This document shows positions 38,199 to 47,140 of a stretch of 54,708 bases of DNA, piece after piece. The notes under the pieces are model-generated. The model had not been told where the DNA came from. It searched no databases and saw nothing but the letters and a program-made list of their open reading frames with translations. Position 1 is the stretch's first letter. Each line of letters begins with the position of its first letter. The stretch is taken from positions 1-54,708 of the IMG/VR virus record IMGVR_UViG_3300028178_000003. One strand, written 5' to 3'. The position numbers and the translations under genes were made by a program. Source of the stretch: a virus (lineage: Duplodnaviria; Caudoviricetes).

Positions 38199-38921
38199 AT
38201 GGCAAAGAAACAATCAGTAAAGAATGTGGCAAGTGTAGAAGCTCCGATTAATCAGGAGATTCGGTTGGCTGAAACGAAGCCTGGTGAGATTGAAAAGCTT
38301 GAAGCCGAACTCTCTCTGGCCGAAGAGACTAATCTTAACCAGGAAGAGTCTCTGCGTCGCCAGGAAGCTGAGCTCACGTTTCTTCGGGCGCGTGACGGTT
38401 TCTGGCTTGACCAGATGATTCCAATCAATGATGTTTATGGCACGGACGATGCATTCAAAGCCGCGCCGATTAGCTTCCTGTTCAGCATAACCCAGGACAT
38501 GGAACAGCTTATCCACAAACTCATGGACGAACTCAAAACCCGCACTGCGCAACCGCAGCAGATGACTAGTACACTCCGCGGCGCAAGCCGCAAGGAACAG
38601 ATCTTGGCGGTTCTGTGTCCCAACAATATCGTTCCTGGTCCTCCGGTCACGATCAGTGAACTGGCCATCGCGGCGGGCACGAACAACAAGAACATCAGTT
38701 CCATTCTCACCGCAGTCCGTGACATGGGCTACTCCATCGCGACGGATGAGTATGGCCGAAAATACGTCACGGCGTACAATCCAGGCGAATCCGCCAAAGG
38801 CGTAAGTCATGGATCCTCCAACTCTGTCAAATCGGCACCTGTAACCACAATTACTCCTGACCAGTTTATTAGCTCAATTGTGAAGCGTTCCACTGACGGT
38901 ACGATCACGAAGATCAGCTAA
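38199..38921 (+). CDS. Coiled-coil plus winged-HTH protein
   Basis: GGAGG RBS; RKEQILAVL...TISELAIAAGTNNKNISSILTAVRDMGYSI. Confidence 0.65.
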   Translation: MAKKQSVKNVASVEAPINQEIRLAETKPGEIEKLEAELSLAEETNLNQEESLRRQEAELTFLRARDGFWLDQMIPINDVYGTDDAFKAAPISFLFSITQDMEQLIHKLMDELKTRTAQPQQMTSTLRGASRKEQILAVLCPNNIVPGPPVTISELAIAAGTNNKNISSILTAVRDMGYSIATDEYGRKYVTAYNPGESAKGVSHGSSNSVKSAPVTTITPDQFISSIVKRSTDGTITKIS

Positions 38922-38927
38922 ATCAAT

Positions 38928-38964
38928 CACCTCTCTGGCCATCCCATCGTTGGCCGGAGAGGTG
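38928..38964 (+). terminator. Hairpin after 38199-38921, containing CTCTCTGGCC
   Basis: CACCTCTCTGGCCA...TGGCCGGAGAGGTG; weak U-tract. Confidence 0.4.
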
Positions 38965-38981
38965 CATTTACTGGAGGTACT

Positions 38982-39209
38982 ATGCCAAACCAATTTGATA
39001 TAACCAAAGCCGTCATTAAGAAACTATGCATACCAGGACGTCCGATCACGTTCCATGACCTACATACAGCTGGAGCCCGATGCATCATGACATGCACCAA
39101 GCTGATAGAAGAAGAAGGCCATAAGTTCTATATCCATATTGACAAGGCCTTTTGGTGGGGTTCCACAATCACTAAATTAGACCGCAAAGAAATAGGGGGA
39201 CCACTATGA
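38982..39209 (+). CDS. Hypothetical protein
   Basis: 75 aa, GGAGG RBS. Confidence 0.7.
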   Translation: MPNQFDITKAVIKKLCIPGRPITFHDLHTAGARCIMTCTKLIEEEGHKFYIHIDKAFWWGSTITKLDRKEIGGPL

Positions 39210-39538
39210 ACCTCGAATCTGAAAGCCTTATAGCCACAATGAATACACAAGACCAGTCCTCTCTGGTCACGAAGGAATCATACGAATACTACTTCCGACA
39301 TATTATGACCCAACCACAACGAATCAAAATGCTGCGAGACTCAGCTGACCAATTGCAGTCACAGCTTTACACCGTTGAACAACAGATGGACGAACATGAC
39401 AAAAGTATGCCTGAACATGATCCTGCAAACCGTACAGCCCTACGTAACCGGTACAATGTACTGATGGCCAAACGGCATAACCTGCTTGACCATATGCGCA
39501 AGATCTATCTTCACCTTACTTCATTGGATGCTGGATAA
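39206..39538 (+). CDS. Hypothetical protein
   Basis: 110 aa, ATGA overlap with the previous gene. Confidence 0.7.
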   Translation: MNLESESLIATMNTQDQSSLVTKESYEYYFRHIMTQPQRIKMLRDSADQLQSQLYTVEQQMDEHDKSMPEHDPANRTALRNRYNVLMAKRHNLLDHMRKIYLHLTSLDAG

Positions 39539-39557
39539 TCCAGTTTTATTTTATCGT

Positions 39558-39612
39558 GCGGAGAAAATAAGTGTTTACTTCGTGCTCAAACCATGCTATA
39601 GTAATAATTAAG
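39558..39612 (+). promoter_or_regulatory. Conserved phage promoter
   Basis: GAAAATAAGTG-TTTACT (39574)-17 nt-TATAGT (39597). Confidence 0.75.
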
Positions 39613-39738
39613 TGTGGTTCAATTGGTGATACGGTTTCTTCAACCCGCCCGCTACACTCTGGCCAGAGTGTAGTGGGCATACCTGTTCTCATCGATCCTA
39701 CTGCGCATAACCGTATAACCAAGAAGGACATCAAGCCC

Positions 39739-41961
39739 ATGCCACAAGCAGAATCAGGCCTAATTTCCGTGTCCACAGAATCTTTTCCTCAAGCTTTACT
39801 CTCCGAACCCTACTGGCTATATTGGCAACCTGAATGGTCAGAAGCCCGCAATAAGTATATCAAGGTACCACTCCACAAGTCTTGGCAAACCCAACGTCAT
39901 CAGTTCTCCCAGCTCCCGCAACCCCGCCAGTCCGGTCATGGCTACGGCTTTATCTATTCCGCTGAACACGACTATATCTGCATAGACGTAGATGACGGAC
40001 GGCCAATCAACGCGAGACTCGTAGAGCGCCTCAAATCATACTCAGAATGGTCTCCCTCTGGTCAAGGCGCGCATGTCATCGTCAGGACTACAGACAAACA
40101 AGCACTTATAGCCGCATTTGGTAATGCAGTGCATAATAATACTGAGAAGCGTGATCTTTATATCTCGACTGGATATGTTACTATCACAGGCCGGTTGCTA
40201 CCAATGTTCAGTAACCACGCTCTACGAACAATACCCGCTGACGAGTTAATAGAGATACTTAGTCCACATTTCAGAATGCTAGCGTCTACATCTATATCTA
40301 CATCTAATGCTCAGGTACTTAGTTTCCCCCCTAAACCCGCTAAAAAAGACTCTTCTGAACCAACTTTCTCTAAACAGCTTATTGATAAAGTCTTAACAGC
40401 ATTACCAGTTAAGTACTTACCTACTAATGCTTTTACAGACTTTCCAATTATAGACTTAGATACTCCCACTCCGCCGGAATCCCGTGATGCGTGGCTGACT
40501 GTGGGACAAGCCCTACATAACATTAGCAATGACTTAACCAGCTATGTCGTATGGAGTAAATGGTCAGAGCAAGGTGACAAGTATGACCCGGATGCAACAT
40601 ACGCGACATGGCGGTCCTTTAATACAGGCCCCAACGGGGGATGTACGTCTAATAATATCACCTTCGCTACCGTCTTAAAGTTATATTACGCGCAGAGACC
40701 ACAATATATAGACTTTACAGGTGAGCCACCGAGACTTGTACCTTCACTCGACAACATCAAGATATACATTGCGCATGCTAAAATAACTGGGCGATATAAC
40801 ACTGTAACTAACAACCTTGAGATACAACTGCCACCCAAACTGTACTCTCTCCTGGGCACTACAGACGTTAAGGCTGTATCTTATGTCGTCGACTCAGAGA
40901 TGATGAAGCATGGTACGCGGGATGGGGCTGTCAGACACAAGGCCAGAGAGATACTCGTGGCGCAGGCGTCACAAAACATCTATAACCCAATCGTCGAGTA
41001 TTTTACTAAGACACTCATACCTTGGGATAAGCGATCCCGTATACCTGAGCTTATGACAACGATCGACTGCCAAGCTAAGGACCTTCTACAATACACAACC
41101 TATGTCCGTAAATGGCTAATCCAGGTCATGGCCGCGGTGTTCACTACGCCTGACCAACCTAACCGGCTAAACAATGTACTTATCTTACAAGGTGAACAAG
41201 GTGTTGGCAAGACAAACTGGGTTGAGTCACTCTTCCCACCCGACTTACGTAATTACTGTGTTGGTAGCAAGTCAGTAAACATGTCACAATTCAGAAATGA
41301 CATGGTCAAACTTGGTATGGAGTTAACCAATACACTCATCTGTAATATAAATGAGATTGACACAGTCTTTTCACCTAAGACCTATTCTGAGTTCAAACAG
41401 TTCCTGGATAAAACAGTGGATAAAGTCGTGCTACCGTATGGTGCAACCGCAACTGACGTACTCAGACGTACTGTGTTTATCGGCTCCACTAACAAGTACG
41501 AACTGTTTACAGACGCGACGGGTAACAGACGATTTATGCTCATCAATGCGATGTCATATGACTTTAAGCATACCATCGACCTTAACCAACTATGGGCTGA
41601 GGCGTATTACTACTACAAACAAGGCGAGGCATGGTGGCTTGAGGACAAAGTAGTCTTAAGCCAGCAACGAGAAACAAATGATTCAGCCCTAACAGGTATA
41701 GATGAGTCATTGCTAGACCAGCTTAACAATATGTTTGATGCAGACGATAAAAAGGTAGGAAACTGGGATACCTATACTTTCCCACGCGTCAAAGCGTTAC
41801 TCAGTTTAAATATCCGACCTAATACTCAAGAGTTTTACATGGCTAAAAGGACTATCACCCAGTGGCTCAAGGTTATAGCACCAAGTCACTCTCTGGTCAA
41901 GATACCTAAGCATCAAGGAACACCCTGGTCATGCAAATTACCACCTTTGAAACTTGAGTAA
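39739..41961 (+). CDS. Primase-polymerase / PriCT-2 / VirE(VapE)-type helicase fusion
   Basis: CIDVDD and SEWSPSGQGAH (prim-pol); WLTVGQALH..WSKWS..KYD (PriCT-2); GEQGVGKT, VFIGSTN and DATGNRRF (VapE ATPase). Start moved to ATG 39739 because 39571 lies inside the promoter. Confidence 0.85.
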   Translation: MPQAESGLISVSTESFPQALLSEPYWLYWQPEWSEARNKYIKVPLHKSWQTQRHQFSQLPQPRQSGHGYGFIYSAEHDYICIDVDDGRPINARLVERLKSYSEWSPSGQGAHVIVRTTDKQALIAAFGNAVHNNTEKRDLYISTGYVTITGRLLPMFSNHALRTIPADELIEILSPHFRMLASTSISTSNAQVLSFPPKPAKKDSSEPTFSKQLIDKVLTALPVKYLPTNAFTDFPIIDLDTPTPPESRDAWLTVGQALHNISNDLTSYVVWSKWSEQGDKYDPDATYATWRSFNTGPNGGCTSNNITFATVLKLYYAQRPQYIDFTGEPPRLVPSLDNIKIYIAHAKITGRYNTVTNNLEIQLPPKLYSLLGTTDVKAVSYVVDSEMMKHGTRDGAVRHKAREILVAQASQNIYNPIVEYFTKTLIPWDKRSRIPELMTTIDCQAKDLLQYTTYVRKWLIQVMAAVFTTPDQPNRLNNVLILQGEQGVGKTNWVESLFPPDLRNYCVGSKSVNMSQFRNDMVKLGMELTNTLICNINEIDTVFSPKTYSEFKQFLDKTVDKVVLPYGATATDVLRRTVFIGSTNKYELFTDATGNRRFMLINAMSYDFKHTIDLNQLWAEAYYYYKQGEAWWLEDKVVLSQQRETNDSALTGIDESLLDQLNNMFDADDKKVGNWDTYTFPRVKALLSLNIRPNTQEFYMAKRTITQWLKVIAPSHSLVKIPKHQGTPWSCKLPPLKLE

Positions 41962-41963
41962 TC

Positions 41964-42016
41964 GCAGGAAAAATAAGTGTTTACTTTTGCAATGCAATGT
42001 GTTATAATATATTTAA
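41964..42016 (+). promoter_or_regulatory. Conserved phage promoter
   Basis: GGAAAAATAAGTG-TTTACT (41980)-17 nt-TATAAT (42003)-ATATTTAA. Confidence 0.8.
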
Positions 42017-42055
42017 TGATTGAGTTTCTCAGTCATCATTTAGCTGGAGGTTATT

Positions 42056-42277
42056 ATGACACAGAAAAAATGGCATGGCGATCATACCAAATGTGACTTA
42101 TGCGCAAATCAGTTCATGGATATCCCATGGTTCGCAGATGCAAAAGTCCTATTTAATGGTCGACGTTGCTGGGCACTTGTCTGCCCCGAATGTCACGCAA
42201 AATATACGAGTGGTACGTTCGGACTTGGTATTGGCCAGAAATACGATGCATCAACCAAAGTCAAAATTGAAGGCTGA
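42056..42277 (+). CDS. Small zinc-finger protein
   Basis: CDLC...DAK...WALVCPEC...GLGIGQKY; GGAGG RBS. Confidence 0.75.
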   Translation: MTQKKWHGDHTKCDLCANQFMDIPWFADAKVLFNGRRCWALVCPECHAKYTSGTFGLGIGQKYDASTKVKIEG

Positions 42278-42282
42278 GTCCC

Positions 42283-42741
42283 ATGAAAGAAATACAACTT
42301 ACTAAAGGCTTTGTTGCACAAGTCGACAATGAAGATTATACACACTTGTCACAGTTTAAATGGCATGAAGGACAAGGTTATGCAGTACGTAATATAACTA
42401 ACCCTAACGGCACACAATCTCAACGTCTCATGCATCATGAGTTATTGCCTGGAGTTAAAGTTGACCACAAAGATGGTAATAGCTTTAATAATTGCCGGCA
42501 TAACTTAAGGCCATGTACAGTTCAGCAGAATGCTTGGAATAGCAAACAGACTCCAGGTATCTCAGGGTTCCGAGGTGTGACAAAAAACGGCGATAAATGG
42601 CAAGCAAAATTAGCGTGTGGCACGAAGCCAAAATATTTAGGTACATACGCTACAGCTGAATTAGCCGCTCATGTATATGATGCGTATATACTAGAACAAC
42701 GAGGTGAATTTGCAGTACTAAATTTTCCAAAGGAGGGTTAA
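42283..42741 (+). CDS. HNH endonuclease with an AP2 DNA-binding domain
   Basis: VDHKDGNSFNNCRHNLR...QN (HNH); SGFRGV...WQA...YLGTY...AA..YD...GEFA.LNF (AP2). Confidence 0.9.
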   Translation: MKEIQLTKGFVAQVDNEDYTHLSQFKWHEGQGYAVRNITNPNGTQSQRLMHHELLPGVKVDHKDGNSFNNCRHNLRPCTVQQNAWNSKQTPGISGFRGVTKNGDKWQAKLACGTKPKYLGTYATAELAAHVYDAYILEQRGEFAVLNFPKEG

Positions 42742-42742
42742 A

Positions 42743-43027
42743 ATGAATCTTAAGTACGTAGGTGGATATCTGACAAGAGATGGCAAGTTCCACGTAGACC
42801 GCGAACTTGCTGAATTGCATGACGCAAAACTCGAGTTTATTGAGATGTACGACAAGTCAGGGCATGGGTTAATGTGTACAGACGATACAGATACAATGAT
42901 TTGTACTGTCCCGCCAGAAAATATTCATGCCTGGATCACCAGTATGCCTGATCATGTTCTTCAGCAATTCAAAGCGATGGTAAAAGATATTAATTACACT
43001 CCAATGGAAAAGGACGATGACGAATGA
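42743..43027 (+). CDS. Hypothetical protein
   Basis: 94 aa, AGGAGG RBS. Confidence 0.7.
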   Translation: MNLKYVGGYLTRDGKFHVDRELAELHDAKLEFIEMYDKSGHGLMCTDDTDTMICTVPPENIHAWITSMPDHVLQQFKAMVKDINYTPMEKDDDE

Positions 43028-43218
43028 CCCCTGAGCTTTGTACTGTGACACCTGAGCGGCATTACCTGCAGTTTGAAACTGCTCAATACGACAAGAGTGC
43101 AGTCTATAAACAGTTTTTAGAAATCATGCCGACTGCGAAGCTTAAAAAACTTTCACTTGCGTCACCAACATTGTGGCTTATCGAGCTGCAGGAACCGTGG
43201 AAAGGAACTCCAATATGA
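43024..43218 (+). CDS. Hypothetical protein
   Basis: 64 aa, ATGA overlaps on both sides. Confidence 0.6.
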   Translation: MTPELCTVTPERHYLQFETAQYDKSAVYKQFLEIMPTAKLKKLSLASPTLWLIELQEPWKGTPI

Positions 43219-44435
43219 GTGAGGAACAACATGCCAAATATTCTCCTAGCAAACTACCTCGAATTGTGGCTTGCCCAGCATCCGGATTATTTGAAAGATC
43301 TGATGACAACGCTGAATCCAATATTTATGCAGACGACGGCACTAACTTGCATTCCGCGACCCGGGAACATCTGGATGCCGATATATATTCCATCGACACA
43401 GATATCGCACAAAAGTATAACTTGGACATACCAAGAATGGATGCTGTCCAAGAGTGCTTAGACTATGTGTGGTCACTGCGGCAAAAGTACAGTCAGAACA
43501 AGATCCCGTTCTATGACTTTATTGAAACTCGTGTCACAATGGAAGGATGGATTCCGAATACAAAGTGTGAAGCACTCAGCGAAGTGGCAGGAACTCTGGA
43601 TTACGCGCTTGTGGTCAATCCTGAGTACGGACCAAAAATCCTGCATGTAACCGATTGGAAATTCGGCCAGGGAATTGAAGTCTTCCCTGATTCTGAACAA
43701 CTCATGGCGTATGCCTTAGGCATGTTGAAGAACGAAGCCAAAGCAATTACCTTCGATGAGGTACACCTCACTATCGTGCAACCGAGACTCATTGGCGAGG
43801 ACCATCTGAAGACAATCATCGTCACAATCAATTCTTTGGTTGACTGGATGGGTAGCACTCTTGTGCCGGCACTTAATGGCATACACGCCAAACACCCGCT
43901 TTTCAGACCATCAATCAAAGCATGCCGTTGGTGCCCCAATAAGATGACGTGTAATGCGCGGCATGAAATGGTTATGCAATTGGCTGTGGATGTCTTTACC
44001 ATTCATGACCAATTACCTACACCTGATATGCCGGCACTTATCGCATTGTACGAGAAGTCCGGCATCATCAAAGACTACCTCAAAGACATCGCCGAGTTCA
44101 TGTTTAATGAGCTGGTACGTGGACGTACTGTACCTGGTTACAAGATTGTAGAAGGTAAGTCCAATCGCGTATGGGCCGACGAAAAGAAAGCCCTTGAGTG
44201 GTGTACCAAGCATGAAGTTGACCCGGATAAGATGTTTGTATCCAAGTTCTTCACGCCTGCTGCGGCCGAAAAAGTCATCGGCGCGAAACTCAAACGTGAT
44301 GAGACTTTCGGCGCATTGATTGTAAAACCGGCTGGCAAACCCTCTCTGGTCACTGAGACTGATAAACGTATGGCTATCGAGTACCGTGACGCGACTGAAA
44401 TTTTTGCTAACTTAGAGTTCCCTGAAGAGATTTAA
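43215..44435 (+). CDS. DUF2800-like PD-(D/E)xK (Cas4-like) exonuclease
   Basis: HAKYSPS...CPAS...GT.LH...GTLD...DWKFGQG...QLMAYALG...IVQPR...CRWC...C...GYKIVEGKS.R.W. Start moved to ATG 43215. Confidence 0.85.
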   Translation: MSEEQHAKYSPSKLPRIVACPASGLFERSDDNAESNIYADDGTNLHSATREHLDADIYSIDTDIAQKYNLDIPRMDAVQECLDYVWSLRQKYSQNKIPFYDFIETRVTMEGWIPNTKCEALSEVAGTLDYALVVNPEYGPKILHVTDWKFGQGIEVFPDSEQLMAYALGMLKNEAKAITFDEVHLTIVQPRLIGEDHLKTIIVTINSLVDWMGSTLVPALNGIHAKHPLFRPSIKACRWCPNKMTCNARHEMVMQLAVDVFTIHDQLPTPDMPALIALYEKSGIIKDYLKDIAEFMFNELVRGRTVPGYKIVEGKSNRVWADEKKALEWCTKHEVDPDKMFVSKFFTPAAAEKVIGAKLKRDETFGALIVKPAGKPSLVTETDKRMAIEYRDATEIFANLEFPEEI

Positions 44436-44439
44436 TTCA

Positions 44440-44491
44440 CCGGGAAAATAAGTGTTTACATTGGTTACACTGTATGTTATAATATATTTAA
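44440..44491 (+). promoter_or_regulatory. Conserved phage promoter
   Basis: GGAAAATAAGTG-TTTACA (44455)-17 nt-TATAAT (44478)-ATATTTAA. Confidence 0.8.
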
Positions 44492-44533
44492 TGACTGAGA
44501 TTCTCAATCATAATAACATCACAGGAGGTCCTT

Positions 44534-44800
44534 ATGAAAAAATGTAAAAGATGCGGAACATATGACGTAGTCCTCAAAGCCGACAAAAGTCAGCCGTCAA
44601 GATTTTGTGACATCGCACCGCAAAGTGATTCGGAAGAAACGCATTGGGCTGCAATAAAACGCTGGATATTCGCGTATCTGACCGTTGAAACAGATTATTG
44701 TTATTACTGTACAAAAGTTCTCAACAACCGGATTACGAAACCAATTGACTACAGCGTAGCGTATGAAGCCAAACAAACACCGACATGGGAGATCCGTTAA
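44534..44800 (+). CDS. Small protein with two CxxC motifs
   Basis: 88 aa, AGGAGG RBS, CKRC and CYYC. Confidence 0.7.
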   Translation: MKKCKRCGTYDVVLKADKSQPSRFCDIAPQSDSEETHWAAIKRWIFAYLTVETDYCYYCTKVLNNRITKPIDYSVAYEAKQTPTWEIR

Positions 44801-45234
44801 TGAATACAGATAAACCGGATTACAAAAAAGCCAGACGCCCCAGTGTAAGTGTTACTGACTTAGTGGCACAAATTGCTGGACAGATTGCTCACGAGCAAGT
44901 ACAGAAGCTTGAAGACGAGCTTATGGAAAAACTCAATAAGTCAAAAACTTATGATTCTTTGATCGCGGATATAGAACAGCTTCGCAGGCAACTCCGAGAC
45001 ACAAACAATGAGTTCCGCAATTACCGTATCAAGCAAGTCAAAGATGCAGACACAAAACGTGTCGAGTCCTCTTTGCAACGCTCAGGTTTCATATGGCCAG
45101 AGGAAGAAGATAAACAGCTACATGAAGAACTGATAACGGCCCTGAACACTATCGCAGCCAACCATGGGCGTTCAGCACATAGCATCCGATGCAGGCTGCA
45201 AGACAAAAATCTACTTAAATTGGTGACATTTTAA
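44800..45234 (+). CDS. Coiled-coil protein with a C-terminal Myb/HTH-like motif
   Basis: W..EED..L...IA..HGRS..SI.CRL; TAATG coupling suggests a start at 44800. Confidence 0.6.
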   Translation: MNTDKPDYKKARRPSVSVTDLVAQIAGQIAHEQVQKLEDELMEKLNKSKTYDSLIADIEQLRRQLRDTNNEFRNYRIKQVKDADTKRVESSLQRSGFIWPEEEDKQLHEELITALNTIAANHGRSAHSIRCRLQDKNLLKLVTF

Positions 45235-45416
45235 TGACCGGACCGGACGACTATGACCCTAATGATTTATGTCATAACTGTGGAAAACGACCCATCTACG
45301 GTTATGCTGGTAATGGCATCTTTGTTCCAAACCTCTGCAAGGTGTGCTACAAGTTAGGAATTTGTGGAACACCGGGCCGGGGTTATCATAATAACCCTAA
45401 GAGAGGTAAAGAATGA
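45234..45416 (+). CDS. Small zinc-finger-like protein
   Basis: 60 aa, CHNC...CKVC; coupled to both neighbours. Confidence 0.6.
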   Translation: MTGPDDYDPNDLCHNCGKRPIYGYAGNGIFVPNLCKVCYKLGICGTPGRGYHNNPKRGKE

Positions 45417-45616
45417 GCTTACGCGCAGTGCGAAAGAGGACAGCGGGTATCATAGAGTTTTCGAATACCGTGATCGATATACTGGAAGACGCTCATGGCG
45501 ACCCAGCATATCCTGCAGACTTTTTCAAAGACGTAATGTACATGTACAACGCTGGACACACTGAGCAAGGAACCGCTTATGACTTAGCTAAGAAATATGG
45601 CTGGGAGGAAGTATGA
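45413..45616 (+). CDS. Hypothetical protein
   Basis: 67 aa, ATGA overlap, GAGG RBS. Confidence 0.6.
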   Translation: MSLRAVRKRTAGIIEFSNTVIDILEDAHGDPAYPADFFKDVMYMYNAGHTEQGTAYDLAKKYGWEEV

Positions 45617-45888
45617 CATCTGCAGAATTACGGCAAACGCTAAATGACGTTGAAGCTATCCGTGTAGCATTACGTAAGGTTAAAGAAACCGCGCGTATAG
45701 CACAAGATCGGCTAACAAAACTTCCATGTACAACGGCACAATGTAAGATCTTTGAGAACGTTGAAACAAATGCACAGTATAGCGAAAACGACTTAAATGA
45801 CATGACATTTGGTTTCAGCGTATCAGATCTTAATGCGTTGCTTAACATTGACACGAAAATTAAAGATATTAGCGGAGGTACCAAATGA
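45613..45888 (+). CDS. Hypothetical protein
   Basis: 91 aa, GGAGG RBS, ATGA overlap. Confidence 0.65.
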   Translation: MTSAELRQTLNDVEAIRVALRKVKETARIAQDRLTKLPCTTAQCKIFENVETNAQYSENDLNDMTFGFSVSDLNALLNIDTKIKDISGGTK

Positions 45889-46076
45889 CGGCGGTTGACC
45901 TATATAACGAGTTCATTAAGAATGATCGTAGCGTAACATCCCATATATATGATTTTAAGACGTCCTTAAAGTCTGTACGTGCGAGTCTTTACCGTATGCG
46001 AAAGCAAAAAGGCGAAACCTTTCAGCTTAAGACTGACGATCTTATGTTAACTATTTATGATGGTTTGGAGGTCTAA
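45885..46076 (+). CDS. Hypothetical protein
   Basis: 63 aa, GGAGG RBS. Confidence 0.6.
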   Translation: MTAVDLYNEFIKNDRSVTSHIYDFKTSLKSVRASLYRMRKQKGETFQLKTDDLMLTIYDGLEV

Positions 46077-46327
46077 TGAAAATTGAATTCCCAACCAAAA
46101 TCATAATTACCGCGCCTACTAAAATTCATGCTGTAGACATATTAATGCTAGAACAGTATCTCAATGGTACTATAGCTAATAAAGTATATACAGAATTTGG
46201 CCTGGGTATTCGTTTTCATATCAATCAGCCCGCGGCATATAACTATATGTACGAGGACGACGGGTTAGACCCAGATATCCCAGGTCCTGATCCAAGGCAA
46301 TTCATGCCGAAGAGTTCACATTTATAA
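46076..46327 (+). CDS. Hypothetical protein
   Basis: 83 aa, GGAGG RBS, TAATG coupling. Confidence 0.6.
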   Translation: MKIEFPTKIIITAPTKIHAVDILMLEQYLNGTIANKVYTEFGLGIRFHINQPAAYNYMYEDDGLDPDIPGPDPRQFMPKSSHL

Positions 46328-46337
46328 GGAGACGCCA

Positions 46338-46715
46338 ATGAAACTCCTGGCCGCATTAGTCATCGCCGGCACTATCACGGTGCAGGCACATGCTAACGAC
46401 CTGAGCCAGCATATAGCAAAGATTAATCCAGCTCTAGACAAAGCAACTATTCATGCGGTGGCCAGAGAACTAAGGTTGTATCCACCCATTATGACCTACA
46501 TTGCAAGACGAGAATCATCTTTCAACCCGAAAGCACACTCACGAGGTTGTGTAGGATTGACGGGCGTTAACTTAGCAGTTTGGCACAAACATCTTACGGC
46601 GAAAGGAGTAATACAAAGTTCACGTGACTTGTGGACAATCAAGGGGAACCTCAAAGCTGGCTGGTATATTTTTAAACACTATAACAAGAGTTATCGTAGA
46701 TATAGGGGGCTATGA
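46338..46715 (+). CDS. Lytic transglycosylase (SLT-like) with a signal peptide
   Basis: IARRESSFNPKA...GCVGLTGV...NLKAG; N-terminus MKLLAALVIAGTITVQAHA. Confidence 0.75.
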   Translation: MKLLAALVIAGTITVQAHANDLSQHIAKINPALDKATIHAVARELRLYPPIMTYIARRESSFNPKAHSRGCVGLTGVNLAVWHKHLTAKGVIQSSRDLWTIKGNLKAGWYIFKHYNKSYRRYRGL

Positions 46716-47032
46716 TGGGAGATATGGCTGACCACATTGAATGGGCAAACGGAGGTGATGGAATGGGAGATATGGCTGACTTTTCGTTATTTAACGATGG
46801 TTATGATGGCAATGACTATGGCTCCGATGAAGACTGTTACGGCCACGACGGTAGCTATGATTACCATAAACTCGGTAAGCTCCGGCACGTAACCTGTAAG
46901 AACTGCGGAACTGAGAGGCTTCATTGGACAGACTATAAAGGCAAGTGGTATTTGTTTAACGAAAAAAGCCAACAGCACGTATGTGAAAAACGAAAGCAAG
47001 ACGCTGCTAAAGCGTTCCGGCATCTTTTTTAA
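46712..47032 (+). CDS. Hypothetical zinc-binding protein
   Basis: Acidic N-terminus with MGDMAD twice; CKNCG...L.W...H.C. Confidence 0.65.
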   Translation: MMGDMADHIEWANGGDGMGDMADFSLFNDGYDGNDYGSDEDCYGHDGSYDYHKLGKLRHVTCKNCGTERLHWTDYKGKWYLFNEKSQQHVCEKRKQDAAKAFRHLF

Positions 47033-47035
47033 AAA

Positions 47036-47088
47036 CAGGAAAAATAAGTGTTTACTTTTGCGAAACGAAATGATATAATATATTTAAA
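47036..47088 (+). promoter_or_regulatory. Conserved phage promoter
   Basis: GGAAAAATAAGTG-TTTACT (47051)-17 nt-TATAAT (47074)-ATATTTAA. Confidence 0.8.
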
Positions 47089-47140
47089 GATTGAGTATGA
47101 GAAGTAAATAACCCACAACACAATACAAAGGAGCACGACC

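Noticed and set aside
39571-39738. N-terminal extension of the primase in the ORF track
   Set aside because: The GTG at 39571 lies inside the conserved promoter; ATG 39739 has a plausible RBS.
43215-44435. CRISPR-associated Cas4
   Set aside because: The motifs and context (DUF2815 SSB, Pol A, VRR-NUC) match the common phage DUF2800 replication-module nuclease.
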